From the NCBI GenBank assembly GCA_026387835.1, contig JAPLKZ010000010.1:326379-358378 (forward strand): a DNA stretch of 32,000 bases, given 5' to 3'. Shown piece after piece: positions 19,937 through 28,504 of this stretch (within the stretch, counting starts at the first letter, position 1; each line of letters opens with the position of its first letter). The DNA comes from Candidatus Saganbacteria bacterium. Its GTDB lineage: Bacteria > Margulisbacteria > WOR-1 > JAKLHX01. A program made the translations under genes and the position numbers. Under the pieces are notes generated by a model, which searched no databases, was not told the DNA's origin, and saw only the letters and a list, made by a program, of their open reading frames with translations.

Positions 19937-20367
19937 TTATTGGCTGTTCCAGAGAGGTAGTCCCGTGGCTTTGTCTTTTCCCCTGATAAGTTCTCCTCCT
20001 GTCAACTCTTGAACGTGAAATTCTGCCACAAATATCTCCGTTCCCGGTATCAAATGCCGCCGAAAGCTTTTCCGTCAAAATCCGCAAGAGTGATGTGGGC
20101 ATGCACAAATATTTCGCCGTCTTTGATCGATATGTTGCCTGTACATGAAGATATCTCAAGCTTTTTATTGATCTCGACGCAGCCCGTGTACTGTTTTTGT
20201 TCCTGGTCATAGTACCCGAGCTTTGCATTTCTGACCGCTCCGATCAGATTAAAAACGCCAAGGCGGATGTTTTCTTTCTTGCACAGATCGTTCAATGACG
20301 CAAGCAGGTCTTCGCCTGATTCGAACCTGCCGATGAATGACCTTCCCTCCTGCGGTTTTATATACAT
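19937..20367 (-). pseudogene. PPC/DUF296-domain (predicted DNA-binding) protein interrupted by a 1-nt frameshift
   Basis: Frame 1 (20367-20050) gives MYIKPQEGRSFIGRF...ISIKDGEIFVHAHITLADFDGKAFGG. A second frame (20053-19937) resumes LIPGTEIFVAEFHVQELTGGELIRGKDKATGLPLWNSQ*. Confidence 0.8.
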
Positions 20368-20402
20368 GTCTTTATTATACTAATGTTATAATTTGATTGC
20401 CA

Positions 20403-21047
20403 ATGCAAGACCAAAAAGAACATGCAAACAGGATTATCGGCATATTATCAAAAAAATATCCGGATGCCGGCATAGCACTTCAATATAAAACCCCTTTTCA
20501 GCTTTTGGTCGTTGTTATCCTGTCAGCGCAATCGACAGATAAACAGGTCAACAAACTTTCTCCTGCCCTTTTTAAAATACTTAAGACGGCGAAAGACTTC
20601 GCGAAGGCCGACGTCAAAGAGATAGAAAAATATATCTATTCTTCCGGGTTTTTCAGGGCAAAAGCAAAAAATATAAAGGCTATGGCGCAGATGCTGCTTT
20701 CTGATTATGGCGGCGTTGTCCCCGATTCAATGGAAGCGTTGATAAGGCTACCAGGGGTTGCAAGGAAAACTGCGAATGTAGTTCTTTTTAATGCTTTTAA
20801 TAAGAACGAGGGGATTGCTGTGGATACTCACGTTATCAGGCTTTCTCAACGTCTCGGCCTTTCAAAATACTCAGACCCGGTAAAGATAGAGCGGGACCTT
20901 ATGGAGCTTTTCCCTAAAAATATGTGGGGCAAGATAACATATTATCTGATCGAGCACGGCAGGAATATCTGCGACGCGAAGAGGCCTAAATGCGAGATAT
21001 GTCCGGTAAAAAAGCTTTGCCCCTATTTTAAGTCGGTTCTATACTAG
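20403..21047 (+). CDS. nth: Endonuclease III
   Basis: ILSAQSTDKQVNKLSPALF, LPGVARKTANVVLFNAF, VDTHVIRLSQRLGL, C-terminal CDAKRPKCEICPVKKLC 4Fe-4S motif. ATG at 20403 preferred over TTG at 20397. Confidence 0.95.
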   Translation: MQDQKEHANRIIGILSKKYPDAGIALQYKTPFQLLVVVILSAQSTDKQVNKLSPALFKILKTAKDFAKADVKEIEKYIYSSGFFRAKAKNIKAMAQMLLSDYGGVVPDSMEALIRLPGVARKTANVVLFNAFNKNEGIAVDTHVIRLSQRLGLSKYSDPVKIERDLMELFPKNMWGKITYYLIEHGRNICDAKRPKCEICPVKKLCPYFKSVLY

Positions 21048-21050
21048 CTG

Positions 21051-22292
21051 TTATTCCAGCGGTATCGATGTTCTTTCAATATCCTCTTCGGCCTCATCCC
21101 TATATTGTCCCGGTTTGTCCTTCGCGTGCAGTATTTGAATTGATATTTTTGTAAGCCTTACGTCGTGAACGGTTTGCACGTCCGGACCAAGGGCAAATAT
21201 GACAAATGATTTTGTTATGCTACTTTTGCAGGAGATTACATCAACAGTGCGGTCTCCGAACATTGTTTCTCTTTTTATTGCTTCTTCCAGCGAAACCGGG
21301 AAAGCCGTATTGGCAAATTCCCAGCCTATAGCTCTTGTCCTGGGATGGCCTACGGTCTCTGCCCAGGGTGTATTCCATCTTGCCAGGTTCTCTGCCCAGC
21401 GCACCAAAAACGGATATTGTTCCCTGCTCCAGATACATCCCAGAGAGATCCCCAGCTTTAAATTCCTTACAACGAACCACCCGAAGGGGCTTGTTTTTGG
21501 CATGTGCATCGTGGCGCAGTCGCTTTCCGGAACTTTCGGGAACACGCTCAGGTCGATCAGCGACCCGTCTTCCGCGGGCGCCAAAGGATATTCAAACTCT
21601 TCCCCTCTTGTTAAAAGCTGCTTTGTCGGTTCGCCTGCCCGCGGAGTAAAGAATTCATAAGGAAATGTCACGCCTCTCGTTCCTTTTGGCAGGTATGTCA
21701 CTGAATCTGCCATAAATTCCCAGCTGAATGTCATATGCTGGGCAATGGTCGCTATTCTTGTTGTGCTTGCTAGTCTGTTGGAAAATGTGTCATCGAAGCC
21801 TATTGCCTGTGCTCCCCTGGAAAATCCGATCTCCCTGTTCACTGCTGTATTTGTGATCGGCAGTTTTGCGTTCATTGTCAGGCCGTTTCTGTTTATTTTA
21901 GACAAGGCGGCTGTCCATGGAACTTTATTGACTTCGCCGTGAGCGCCCCCAAAAACTTTCAGCTCTCCTCCGCCGAAAATCGGGAAACACATGTTCAGTC
22001 CGGTTATTCCGGCGAGTAGCGGGCCGTCGCATCCCGCACCAAAAATTTGGTATTCCGGTCTCCTGAGATCGAATTTGTCGGGTTCCTGTGATTGCCACGG
22101 CGGTATCCATAGCGGGTTTATTGTTTTCCCTGCACTTTGTATCAGTATTTCCGGGATAGATCCGCCTACTTTGTGTATTGTAATTCTGTCGATATTTGTC
22201 CCTTTTCTGTCAGTTGAAAGTGCCGCCTGAACTGCCTTCCTCCCGTTAAAAACAGTATCCCGGGTTATTGTGGCCGAAAACGTCGTTTTCAT
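21051..22292 (-). CDS. Hypothetical protein, possibly galactose-mutarotase-like (aldose 1-epimerase superfamily) fold
   Basis: Long intact 413 aa ORF with NPLWIPPWQSQEP, FGGGELKVFGGAHGEV, IATIAQHMTFSWEFMAD. The fold assignment is tentative. Confidence 0.5.
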   Translation of the reverse strand: MKTTFSATITRDTVFNGRKAVQAALSTDRKGTNIDRITIHKVGGSIPEILIQSAGKTINPLWIPPWQSQEPDKFDLRRPEYQIFGAGCDGPLLAGITGLNMCFPIFGGGELKVFGGAHGEVNKVPWTAALSKINRNGLTMNAKLPITNTAVNREIGFSRGAQAIGFDDTFSNRLASTTRIATIAQHMTFSWEFMADSVTYLPKGTRGVTFPYEFFTPRAGEPTKQLLTRGEEFEYPLAPAEDGSLIDLSVFPKVPESDCATMHMPKTSPFGWFVVRNLKLGISLGCIWSREQYPFLVRWAENLARWNTPWAETVGHPRTRAIGWEFANTAFPVSLEEAIKRETMFGDRTVDVISCKSSITKSFVIFALGPDVQTVHDVRLTKISIQILHAKDKPGQYRDEAEEDIERTSIPLE

Positions 22293-22384
22293 GATATTAG
22301 TCTCCTTTAAGTTTTATCGTCAATATATCTATCGAATGGATTATTTGAAAATTTCAGTGAATTTTGGGGTCGGGTTATTTTGTT

Positions 22385-24013
22385 CTAGAAAAGAGAGTTT
22401 GCCGTCATATCCGCGGGTTTTTTAAGGCTCATGAGGCCGACAATTGTTGTTCCGATATCGGGAATAATCCCTTCGCTTTTCAAGCTGACTTCTTTCCCGA
22501 TGATCCAGAACGGAACTTTGTTTAATGAATGCTGGGTGCTGACGATCTCTTTCCCGTTCGTTTCAAAATACATCTCGTCACAATTGCCGTGATCCGCAGT
22601 TAAGATAAAGACCCCGCCTTTTGAAGTCCACGCCGGCACGAGCTTTTCAAGGCATTTGGAAATATCGCATATCGCTTCTGTCGCAGCTTTTAAATTCCCC
22701 GTATGTCCGACCATGTCGCCGTTCTGGAAATTGTGCACTATGAGGGAATATTTGCCGCTTTCTATAGCTTTAAGTGAATAATCGGTCTCAAGGAAGGCCG
22801 TCATCTCCGGCACCCAGTCGTAATGTTTTCCCTCCTGAGTTCTTTCCTTGAGCTTCATGTCCTGGGCTAGATGCCTGTCTTCTCCCGGAAAAGGTTCCGC
22901 CCTTCTTCCCGAGAACCAGGCTGTTACGTGCGCGAATTTTTCCGGGCCTGCAAGACGCAGCTGTTTCAGCCCGGCCCTCGAGATGACTTCTCCAACGGTG
23001 TCCGGTATTTCCTTTTCCGGAAAGGCTGTCAGCCCGTGAAGACCGGGATAATACTCTGTCATCGCCACAAAAACGAACGGCTGGATACCTTTTTGAAGGC
23101 CAAGTATTTGTTTATATATATCTTCATCTATAGGCTTCGTGCCTTTTTTGTAATCAAAGAATTTTTTATCCTGCTCGCAGAACGTCGTTGTCAGCTGTAT
23201 CGTCCTGTCCTGCCTGAAATTAAAGTAGATAACGGAATCTTTTGGTTTTATGCCTTTATAATCGCCGATTATCGTCGGTCTTATGAATTCGTCCGTATCC
23301 CCTCTTTTGTACGAATCCTCTATCGCCTGCCTTGCAGTATCGGATTTATATTCTCCCTGTCCGAGCACTAAAGCTTTCATTGCGATCAGCGTCTTGTCCC
23401 ATGCCGTGTCGCGGTCCATCGCGATCTCGCGCCCCATCACTGAAGCAATCTTTACCACACCGGAAAGCCCGAGCTCCGCAATCTTATCCTCGAGCATCTT
23501 CAGGTAGATCTCTCCCGCAGCCTTAGGGTTTGTATCGCGGCCGTCGGTGAATAAATGAATTTTGACGTTTTTGAGCGTGTTCCTTTTTACAAGATCGAGA
23601 AGTGCATAAAGATGCAGGATGCTCCCGTGGACTGTCCCGCCATGCCCCTGGAGTATTCCCATAAGATGGAGCGTTGAATCGTTCTTTTTACAGTTGTCTA
23701 CAGCTTTCGTCAAAGCTTCGTTCTTGAAAAAACTCCCATCGTTTATCGCGACGTTTATCCTCTCGATCGATTGGTATACAACCCTTCCTGCTCCCATATT
23801 GAGATGATTTACCTCGGAATTGCCCATCGTTCCTGCCGGAAGGCCGACAGCCAGGCCGCTGCATTCCAGCTTTGAATAAGGGTGTTTTTCAAAAAGTTCT
23901 TTTATAAAAGGTGCATTGCCTGACTTTATCGCGTCATAGATCGCGTTGCTTTCGTCCTGTTTCCCGAGCGCGAAGCCATCGAGGATGCATAGATATACCC
24001 TGTTATTTCCCAC
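22385..24013 (-). CDS. gpmI: 2,3-bisphosphoglycerate-independent phosphoglycerate mutase
   Basis: VYLCILDGFALGKQDESNAI, GLPAGTMGNSEVNHLNMGAGRVVYQ, HGGTVHGSILHLYALLDL, HLFTDGRDTNPKA, TADHGNCDEM. Putative GTG start. Confidence 0.95.
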   Translation of the reverse strand: MGNNRVYLCILDGFALGKQDESNAIYDAIKSGNAPFIKELFEKHPYSKLECSGLAVGLPAGTMGNSEVNHLNMGAGRVVYQSIERINVAINDGSFFKNEALTKAVDNCKKNDSTLHLMGILQGHGGTVHGSILHLYALLDLVKRNTLKNVKIHLFTDGRDTNPKAAGEIYLKMLEDKIAELGLSGVVKIASVMGREIAMDRDTAWDKTLIAMKALVLGQGEYKSDTARQAIEDSYKRGDTDEFIRPTIIGDYKGIKPKDSVIYFNFRQDRTIQLTTTFCEQDKKFFDYKKGTKPIDEDIYKQILGLQKGIQPFVFVAMTEYYPGLHGLTAFPEKEIPDTVGEVISRAGLKQLRLAGPEKFAHVTAWFSGRRAEPFPGEDRHLAQDMKLKERTQEGKHYDWVPEMTAFLETDYSLKAIESGKYSLIVHNFQNGDMVGHTGNLKAATEAICDISKCLEKLVPAWTSKGGVFILTADHGNCDEMYFETNGKEIVSTQHSLNKVPFWIIGKEVSLKSEGIIPDIGTTIVGLMSLKKPADMTANSLF

Positions 24014-24043
24014 AGCAATATTATACTACAAGTTGGCCATATG

Positions 24044-24068
24044 ATACTTGACCGTTTCGCTCAAGTAT
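24044..24068 (+). promoter_or_regulatory. IscR type-1-like operator (25 bp)
   Basis: ATACTTGACCGTTTCGCTCAAGTAT has perfect 8-bp inverted arms (ATACTTGA/TCAAGTAT). It matches the recalled consensus ATASYYGACTRWWWYAGTCRRSTAT at 22/25 positions by hand count. Confidence 0.8.
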
Positions 24069-24076
24069 AGTATTAT
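24048..24076 (+). promoter_or_regulatory. Promoter of the iscR-like operon
   Basis: TTGACC (24048-24053), 17 bp, TATTAT (24071-24076). Confidence 0.75.
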
Positions 24077-24082
24077 TTTATT

Positions 24083-24481
24083 ATGAGACTCACAACTAAA
24101 GGCGAATATGCGGTAAGGGCCCTGATCTATCTTCTTCAAAAATCAGAAGAAGGTCCGGTCCAGATAAGAGAAATATCGGATAGCGAGTCGATGTCAAAGT
24201 CCTATATCGAGCAGCTTTTTAACAAGATGAGAAAGGCCGGGCTGATAAAAAGTTCGCGCGGGTCAAGGGGCGGCTATGTCCTCGGGAAAAGCCCGAAGAA
24301 GATAACCATCGGGGATATTATACGGTGTGTTGAAGGCCCGATTTATCTTACTCTCTGCAGCGGAAGCGGCGGGAACAATTGCAGCAGGGCTTCAAGCTGC
24401 AAGTCGTACCCTATGTGGAAAAAGATAAACGAAAAGCTTGAATCCGCTTTGGACTCGGTCAACCTTGGGGACCTAAAATAA
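24083..24481 (+). CDS. iscR: Rrf2-family Fe-S cluster regulator (IscR-like)
   Basis: MRLTTKGEYAVRALIYLLQKSEEGPVQIREISDSESMSKSYIEQLFNKMRKAGLIKSSRGSRGGYVL; cysteines CSGSGGNNCSRASSC. Directly upstream of iscS and iscU. Confidence 0.9.
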   Translation: MRLTTKGEYAVRALIYLLQKSEEGPVQIREISDSESMSKSYIEQLFNKMRKAGLIKSSRGSRGGYVLGKSPKKITIGDIIRCVEGPIYLTLCSGSGGNNCSRASSCKSYPMWKKINEKLESALDSVNLGDLK

Positions 24482-24486
24482 TTGCG

Positions 24487-24531
24487 TCTCCCCCTGACAA
24501 GGGGGAGAAACCGCCGAAGGCGGAGAGGGGG
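24487..24531 (+). other. Pair of perfect hairpins in the iscR-iscS intergenic region, reaching the iscS Shine-Dalgarno
   Basis: TCTCCCCC-tgacaa-GGGGGAGA (24487-24508) and CCGCC-gaa-GGCGG (24511-24523), then agaggggg before ATG 24535. Confidence 0.7.
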
Positions 24532-24534
24532 TTT

Positions 24535-25698
24535 ATGAAAAGAATATATTTAGACTATGCCGCGACTACGCCCGCGCACCCGCAGGTCGTTGAGGTGATG
24601 CAGCCGTACTTCAATGAAATTTTCGGAAATCCCTCTTCGATCCATTCTTTCGGACAAGAAGCACGGGCCGCGGTCGAAGTTTCCCGCGAGAAAGTCGCGG
24701 GTTTGATCGGCGCCAGGACAGATGAAGTTGTTTTTACTTCCGGCGGTACTGAGTCGGATAATTTTGCTGTTAAAGGCGTTGCTTTTGCTAACCAGAAAAA
24801 GGGAAATCATATAATAATCTCGGCGATCGAGCATCACGCAGTGACAGAGCCGTGTGCTTTTCTTAAAAAGCTGGGGTTTGATATTACTGTACTCCCCGTT
24901 GATGAACAAGGGCTTGTTGATCTTGAAAAAGTCAAACAAGCAATTACAGATAAGACTGTTCTGGTATCTGTTATGCATGCTAACAACGAGATCGGCACAA
25001 TAGAGCCGGTCGAAGAGATAGGAAAGATTGCCAAAGAAAAAGGTGTCTTTTTCCATACAGATGCCGTACAAACTGCGGGTGCTATCCCAATAGATGTAAA
25101 TAAGATGAACGTTGACCTTCTTTCAGTTTCTGCCCATAAACTTTACGGGCCTAAGGGTGTTGGCGCTTTATACATCAGAAAGGGAACCAAGATGGTCCCC
25201 TTCATGCACGGCGGCGGCCAGGAAAAGAACCGTAGGGGTTCGACCGAAAATGTTCCCGGAATAGTCGGTTTTGGAAAGGCCGCGGAACTCGCCGCCTTGG
25301 AAATGAATGAAAGGGCAAAACATCTTATTCCTCTGAGGGATAAACTGACTACGTCCTTGTCTGAAAAAATAGGCGACAGCATCCTGAACGGACATCCGGT
25401 TAAAAGGCTTCCGAATAACGTGAATTTCTGTTTTAAATTTGTCGAGGGTGAATCAATGCTTTTAACCCTTGATATGGAGGGGATCGCAGCATCCACGGGT
25501 TCCGCATGCTCTTCCGCAACACTTGAGCCTTCTCATGTGCTTCTTGCAATAGGAAGGCCGCATGAGATCGCCCACGGCTCGATCAGGTTTACTTTAGGAA
25601 GGCTGACTACAGAAGAAGATATCGACCATGTTATAGATGTGTTCCCGAAGATCGTCGAAAAGCTGAGGAAGATGTCGCCGTTATACAAAGGAGGATAA
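24535..25698 (+). CDS. iscS: Cysteine desulfurase (IscS/NifS family)
   Basis: YLDYAATTPAHPQVVEVMQPYF, TSGGTESDN, HAVTEPCAFL, SVSAHKLYGPKGVGALYIRKG, STGSACSSATLEPSHVLLAIG. Confidence 0.96.
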   Translation: MKRIYLDYAATTPAHPQVVEVMQPYFNEIFGNPSSIHSFGQEARAAVEVSREKVAGLIGARTDEVVFTSGGTESDNFAVKGVAFANQKKGNHIIISAIEHHAVTEPCAFLKKLGFDITVLPVDEQGLVDLEKVKQAITDKTVLVSVMHANNEIGTIEPVEEIGKIAKEKGVFFHTDAVQTAGAIPIDVNKMNVDLLSVSAHKLYGPKGVGALYIRKGTKMVPFMHGGGQEKNRRGSTENVPGIVGFGKAAELAALEMNERAKHLIPLRDKLTTSLSEKIGDSILNGHPVKRLPNNVNFCFKFVEGESMLLTLDMEGIAASTGSACSSATLEPSHVLLAIGRPHEIAHGSIRFTLGRLTTEEDIDHVIDVFPKIVEKLRKMSPLYKGG

Positions 25699-25701
25699 TA
25701 A

Positions 25702-26124
25702 ATGCCCACTTACAGTGAAAAGGTGATGGACCATTTTAAGAACCCCAGGAATGTAGGCGAGATAAAAGATCCTGACGGCGTTGGGCATGTCGGCAACCCT
25801 GTCTGCGGGGACATAATGGAGCTCTATATTAAGGTAAAAGATAAAATAATAACGGATGTTAAGTTCAAGACGTTCGGCTGCGGCGCGGCAATAGCCACTT
25901 CTTCGATGATAACCGAGCTTGTTAAGGGCAAAAATATCGATGAAGCTCTTAAAATATCAAACCGCGCTGTCGTCGAAGCGTTGGGCGGCCTTCCTCCGGT
26001 AAAGCTTCACTGTTCTGTGCTCGCGGAGGACGCCTTGAAATCCGCGATAGACGATTATCTGAAGAAAACTACAGGAAAAGGTCTGGAAGGATTCAAACCT
26101 CACGATGACCAACCGCCGCAGTAA
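25702..26124 (+). CDS. iscU: Fe-S cluster scaffold protein IscU/NifU N-terminal domain
   Basis: YSEKVMDHFKNPRNVGEI, GNPVCGDIMELYIKV, KTFGCGAAIATSSMITELVKGK, LPPVKLHCSVLAEDALKSAIDDY. Confidence 0.95.
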   Translation: MPTYSEKVMDHFKNPRNVGEIKDPDGVGHVGNPVCGDIMELYIKVKDKIITDVKFKTFGCGAAIATSSMITELVKGKNIDEALKISNRAVVEALGGLPPVKLHCSVLAEDALKSAIDDYLKKTTGKGLEGFKPHDDQPPQ

Positions 26125-27184
26125 AAAAGTCCTTGCCGCGATGAGCGGCGGTGTCGACAGCTCCGTTGCTGCCGCGCTTTTAAAACAAAAAGGATATGAT
26201 GTCGTCGGCATTACGCTGGATATCTGGCCTTCAAGGCCCGGCCGGTTCGCCGGCTGCTGCAGCGCAAGTGCTGTCGATGATGCGAAAAGTGTCGCGGACA
26301 AGCTCGGTATCCCGCACTACGTGCTAAATTTTCGGGATGTTTTCAAAGAATTTGTGATCGATGATTTTATTTCGCAATACTCATCCGGAAAGACCCCCAA
26401 TCCCTGTGTCAGGTGCAATCAATATATCAAATTTGACCGTCTTATAAAAAAAGCTGACGAGCTCGGGGCGGAATTCGTGGCGACCGGCCATTACGCGATG
26501 ATAAAAAATGTCAAAAAAAGATGGCAGCTGCAAAGATCTCCCGACAAGCTCAAAGATCAATCTTATTTTCTCTACCCTATCAGCCAAAGCGCTATGCCGA
26601 GAATTTTATTCCCTGTCGGCAGTATCACAAAGACGAGGACAAGGCAGATAGCAAGGGCACTCGGTCTGAAGGTTGCCGATAAAAAGGATAGCCAGGAGAT
26701 CTGCTTCGTTGAAGACAATAATTACGGGCGGTTCCTTTCCGAAAATATCGAAGGTATATCAAAGCCCGGCCCTATTTTTGATACCGACGGGAACCGTGTC
26801 GGGATGCACAGGGGAATAGCTTTTTATACGATCGGCCAGAGAAGAGGCATCGGACTTCCGTTCGGGAAGCCTTTTTACGTTGTCAGCATCGATAAAGACA
26901 GCAATTCGATCGTTGTCGGCGATGAAAAGGCTACTTTCGGAAAAGAACTCTTCGCTGATAACCTCGTCTGGACATCCATAGATGCCCCGGCAAAGCCTTT
27001 CAACGCAAATGCAAAGATCCGGTATGCTTCTGAAGAATCGCCCGCTACGGTCATCCCGGCCGCTGATGGCAAGGTCCTGGTCAAGTTCAAGAGACCTGTA
27101 AAATCGATAACGCCGGGGCAGTCGGTCGTGTTCTATAATAAAAATATTGTTTTGGGGGGTGGGATAATTTGCAGCAAGAGTTGA
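26105..27184 (+). CDS. mnmA: tRNA 2-thiouridylase MnmA
   Basis: VLAAMSGGVDSSVAAALLKQKGYDVVGITLDIWP, GKTPNPCVRCNQYIKFDRL, ATGHYA, LKDQSYFLYPI, GQRRGIGLPFGKPFYV. Confidence 0.96.
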   Translation: MTNRRSKKVLAAMSGGVDSSVAAALLKQKGYDVVGITLDIWPSRPGRFAGCCSASAVDDAKSVADKLGIPHYVLNFRDVFKEFVIDDFISQYSSGKTPNPCVRCNQYIKFDRLIKKADELGAEFVATGHYAMIKNVKKRWQLQRSPDKLKDQSYFLYPISQSAMPRILFPVGSITKTRTRQIARALGLKVADKKDSQEICFVEDNNYGRFLSENIEGISKPGPIFDTDGNRVGMHRGIAFYTIGQRRGIGLPFGKPFYVVSIDKDSNSIVVGDEKATFGKELFADNLVWTSIDAPAKPFNANAKIRYASEESPATVIPAADGKVLVKFKRPVKSITPGQSVVFYNKNIVLGGGIICSKS

Positions 27185-28071
27185 CATCAAAGATTGCCGA
27201 ATTAAAAAAACAAAAGAACGCTGTTATCCTCGCGCATAATTACCAGCTGCCTGAAGTACAGGATGTCGCTGACTTTGTAGGGGATTCGCTCGGCCTTAGC
27301 ATGGAAGCATCAAAGACAAATGCCGATATAATAATTTTTTGCGGCGTGCATTTCATGGCGGAGACGGCGAAAATCTTAAATCCCAAGAAAAAGGTTTTGA
27401 TGCCGGATCTGAAGGCCGGCTGCCCTATGGCAAATATGATAACTGCGGATCAGCTTGTCGGATTAAGAAAAAAACACCCGGCCGCAAAGGTCGTATGTTA
27501 TATCAACACTACTGCTACGGTAAAAGCTCATTGTGATATCTGCTGTACTTCCGGCAACGTGCTTAAAGTTGTCGGTTCATTAAGGGATGGGGAGATCATC
27601 TTTATTCCGGACCAATACCTGGGCAGCTGGGTATCAAAGCGGCTAAATAAGCAGATGGTCCTCTGGCCCGGGTTTTGCAATATCCACGTGAAGATACTTC
27701 CGGAACATATAACCGCGAAGAAAAGGCTTTACCCGAACGCACTCGTAATGGTCCACCCGGAATGCACGCCTGCCGTCATTGACCTCGCTGATAAAGTGGC
27801 CAGCACTTCCGGGATGATAGATTTTCCCCGGACCTCTCCCGCAAAAGAGTTTATCGTGGGAACGGAGACCGGGATTATCCACCGGCTGAACAAAAAATAT
27901 CCCGACAGGAAATTTTATCCCGCTTATGAAGGGGCCATTTGCCCCAACATGAAACTGACAACGCTTGAAAAAGTCATGTGGTGCCTCGAGGAAGAGGAAG
28001 ATGAGGTCTTTGTTTTGGCTGATATCGCAGAAAAAGCCGGGGCCTGCATCGGCAGAATGTTGGACTTATAA
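27169..28071 (+). CDS. nadA: Quinolinate synthase NadA
   Basis: VILAHNYQLPEVQDVADFVGDSLGLSMEAS, IIFCGVHFMAETAKILNPKKKVLMPD, MVHPECTPAVIDLAD, GAICPNMKLTTLEKV. TTG start behind a G-rich RBS; overlaps mnmA. Confidence 0.95.
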   Translation: MQQELTSKIAELKKQKNAVILAHNYQLPEVQDVADFVGDSLGLSMEASKTNADIIIFCGVHFMAETAKILNPKKKVLMPDLKAGCPMANMITADQLVGLRKKHPAAKVVCYINTTATVKAHCDICCTSGNVLKVVGSLRDGEIIFIPDQYLGSWVSKRLNKQMVLWPGFCNIHVKILPEHITAKKRLYPNALVMVHPECTPAVIDLADKVASTSGMIDFPRTSPAKEFIVGTETGIIHRLNKKYPDRKFYPAYEGAICPNMKLTTLEKVMWCLEEEEDEVFVLADIAEKAGACIGRMLDL

Positions 28072-28491
28072 TTCGTTTTTATCTTTTACCGCTCCTGCAG
28101 CAATGACGGCTTTATTCAGGTGTTTATCTCTCCATATCAAGGCTGCCGAAAGCGCCGCCTGCATAAGTGCCGCTGCCAATAAATTCGTGAAGCAATCTAT
28201 CAAAGAAGCGGTCCTGCCGCGCACAAGGGCCTGATGAAGTTCGTCCGTCAGGCCGTATATATATGTTAGAAAGACGCAGTACACTACCTGCCAGTTATAG
28301 GGGATTTTACACGACATCCTTACTGCAAAGAATATGAGGGCGTAAAGGGCCGAATATTCTATTATATGCACCAGTTTGATATGAACGAGCATGGGCGCGT
28401 GTTTTGCCGGCTCGGGGGGCGCGCCCGAAGATAAATAAAATATCATCGCCATATATAAAAGCGCGGGGATCCAGTAGATCGTTTTTTTCAT
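28066..28491 (-). CDS. VanZ-like family membrane protein
   Basis: WIPALLYMAMIFYLSSGAPPEP...HIIEYSALYALIFFAVR...YGLTDELHQALVRGRTASLIDCFTNLLAA. Confidence 0.8.
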   Translation of the reverse strand: MKKTIYWIPALLYMAMIFYLSSGAPPEPAKHAPMLVHIKLVHIIEYSALYALIFFAVRMSCKIPYNWQVVYCVFLTYIYGLTDELHQALVRGRTASLIDCFTNLLAAALMQAALSAALIWRDKHLNKAVIAAGAVKDKNEL

Positions 28492-28504
28492 GTCTTGCCG
28501 CCGG

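Noticed and set aside
20009-20212. Plus-strand ORF opposite the PPC gene
   Set aside because: Antisense artefact exposed by the frameshift in the PPC gene; no motifs.
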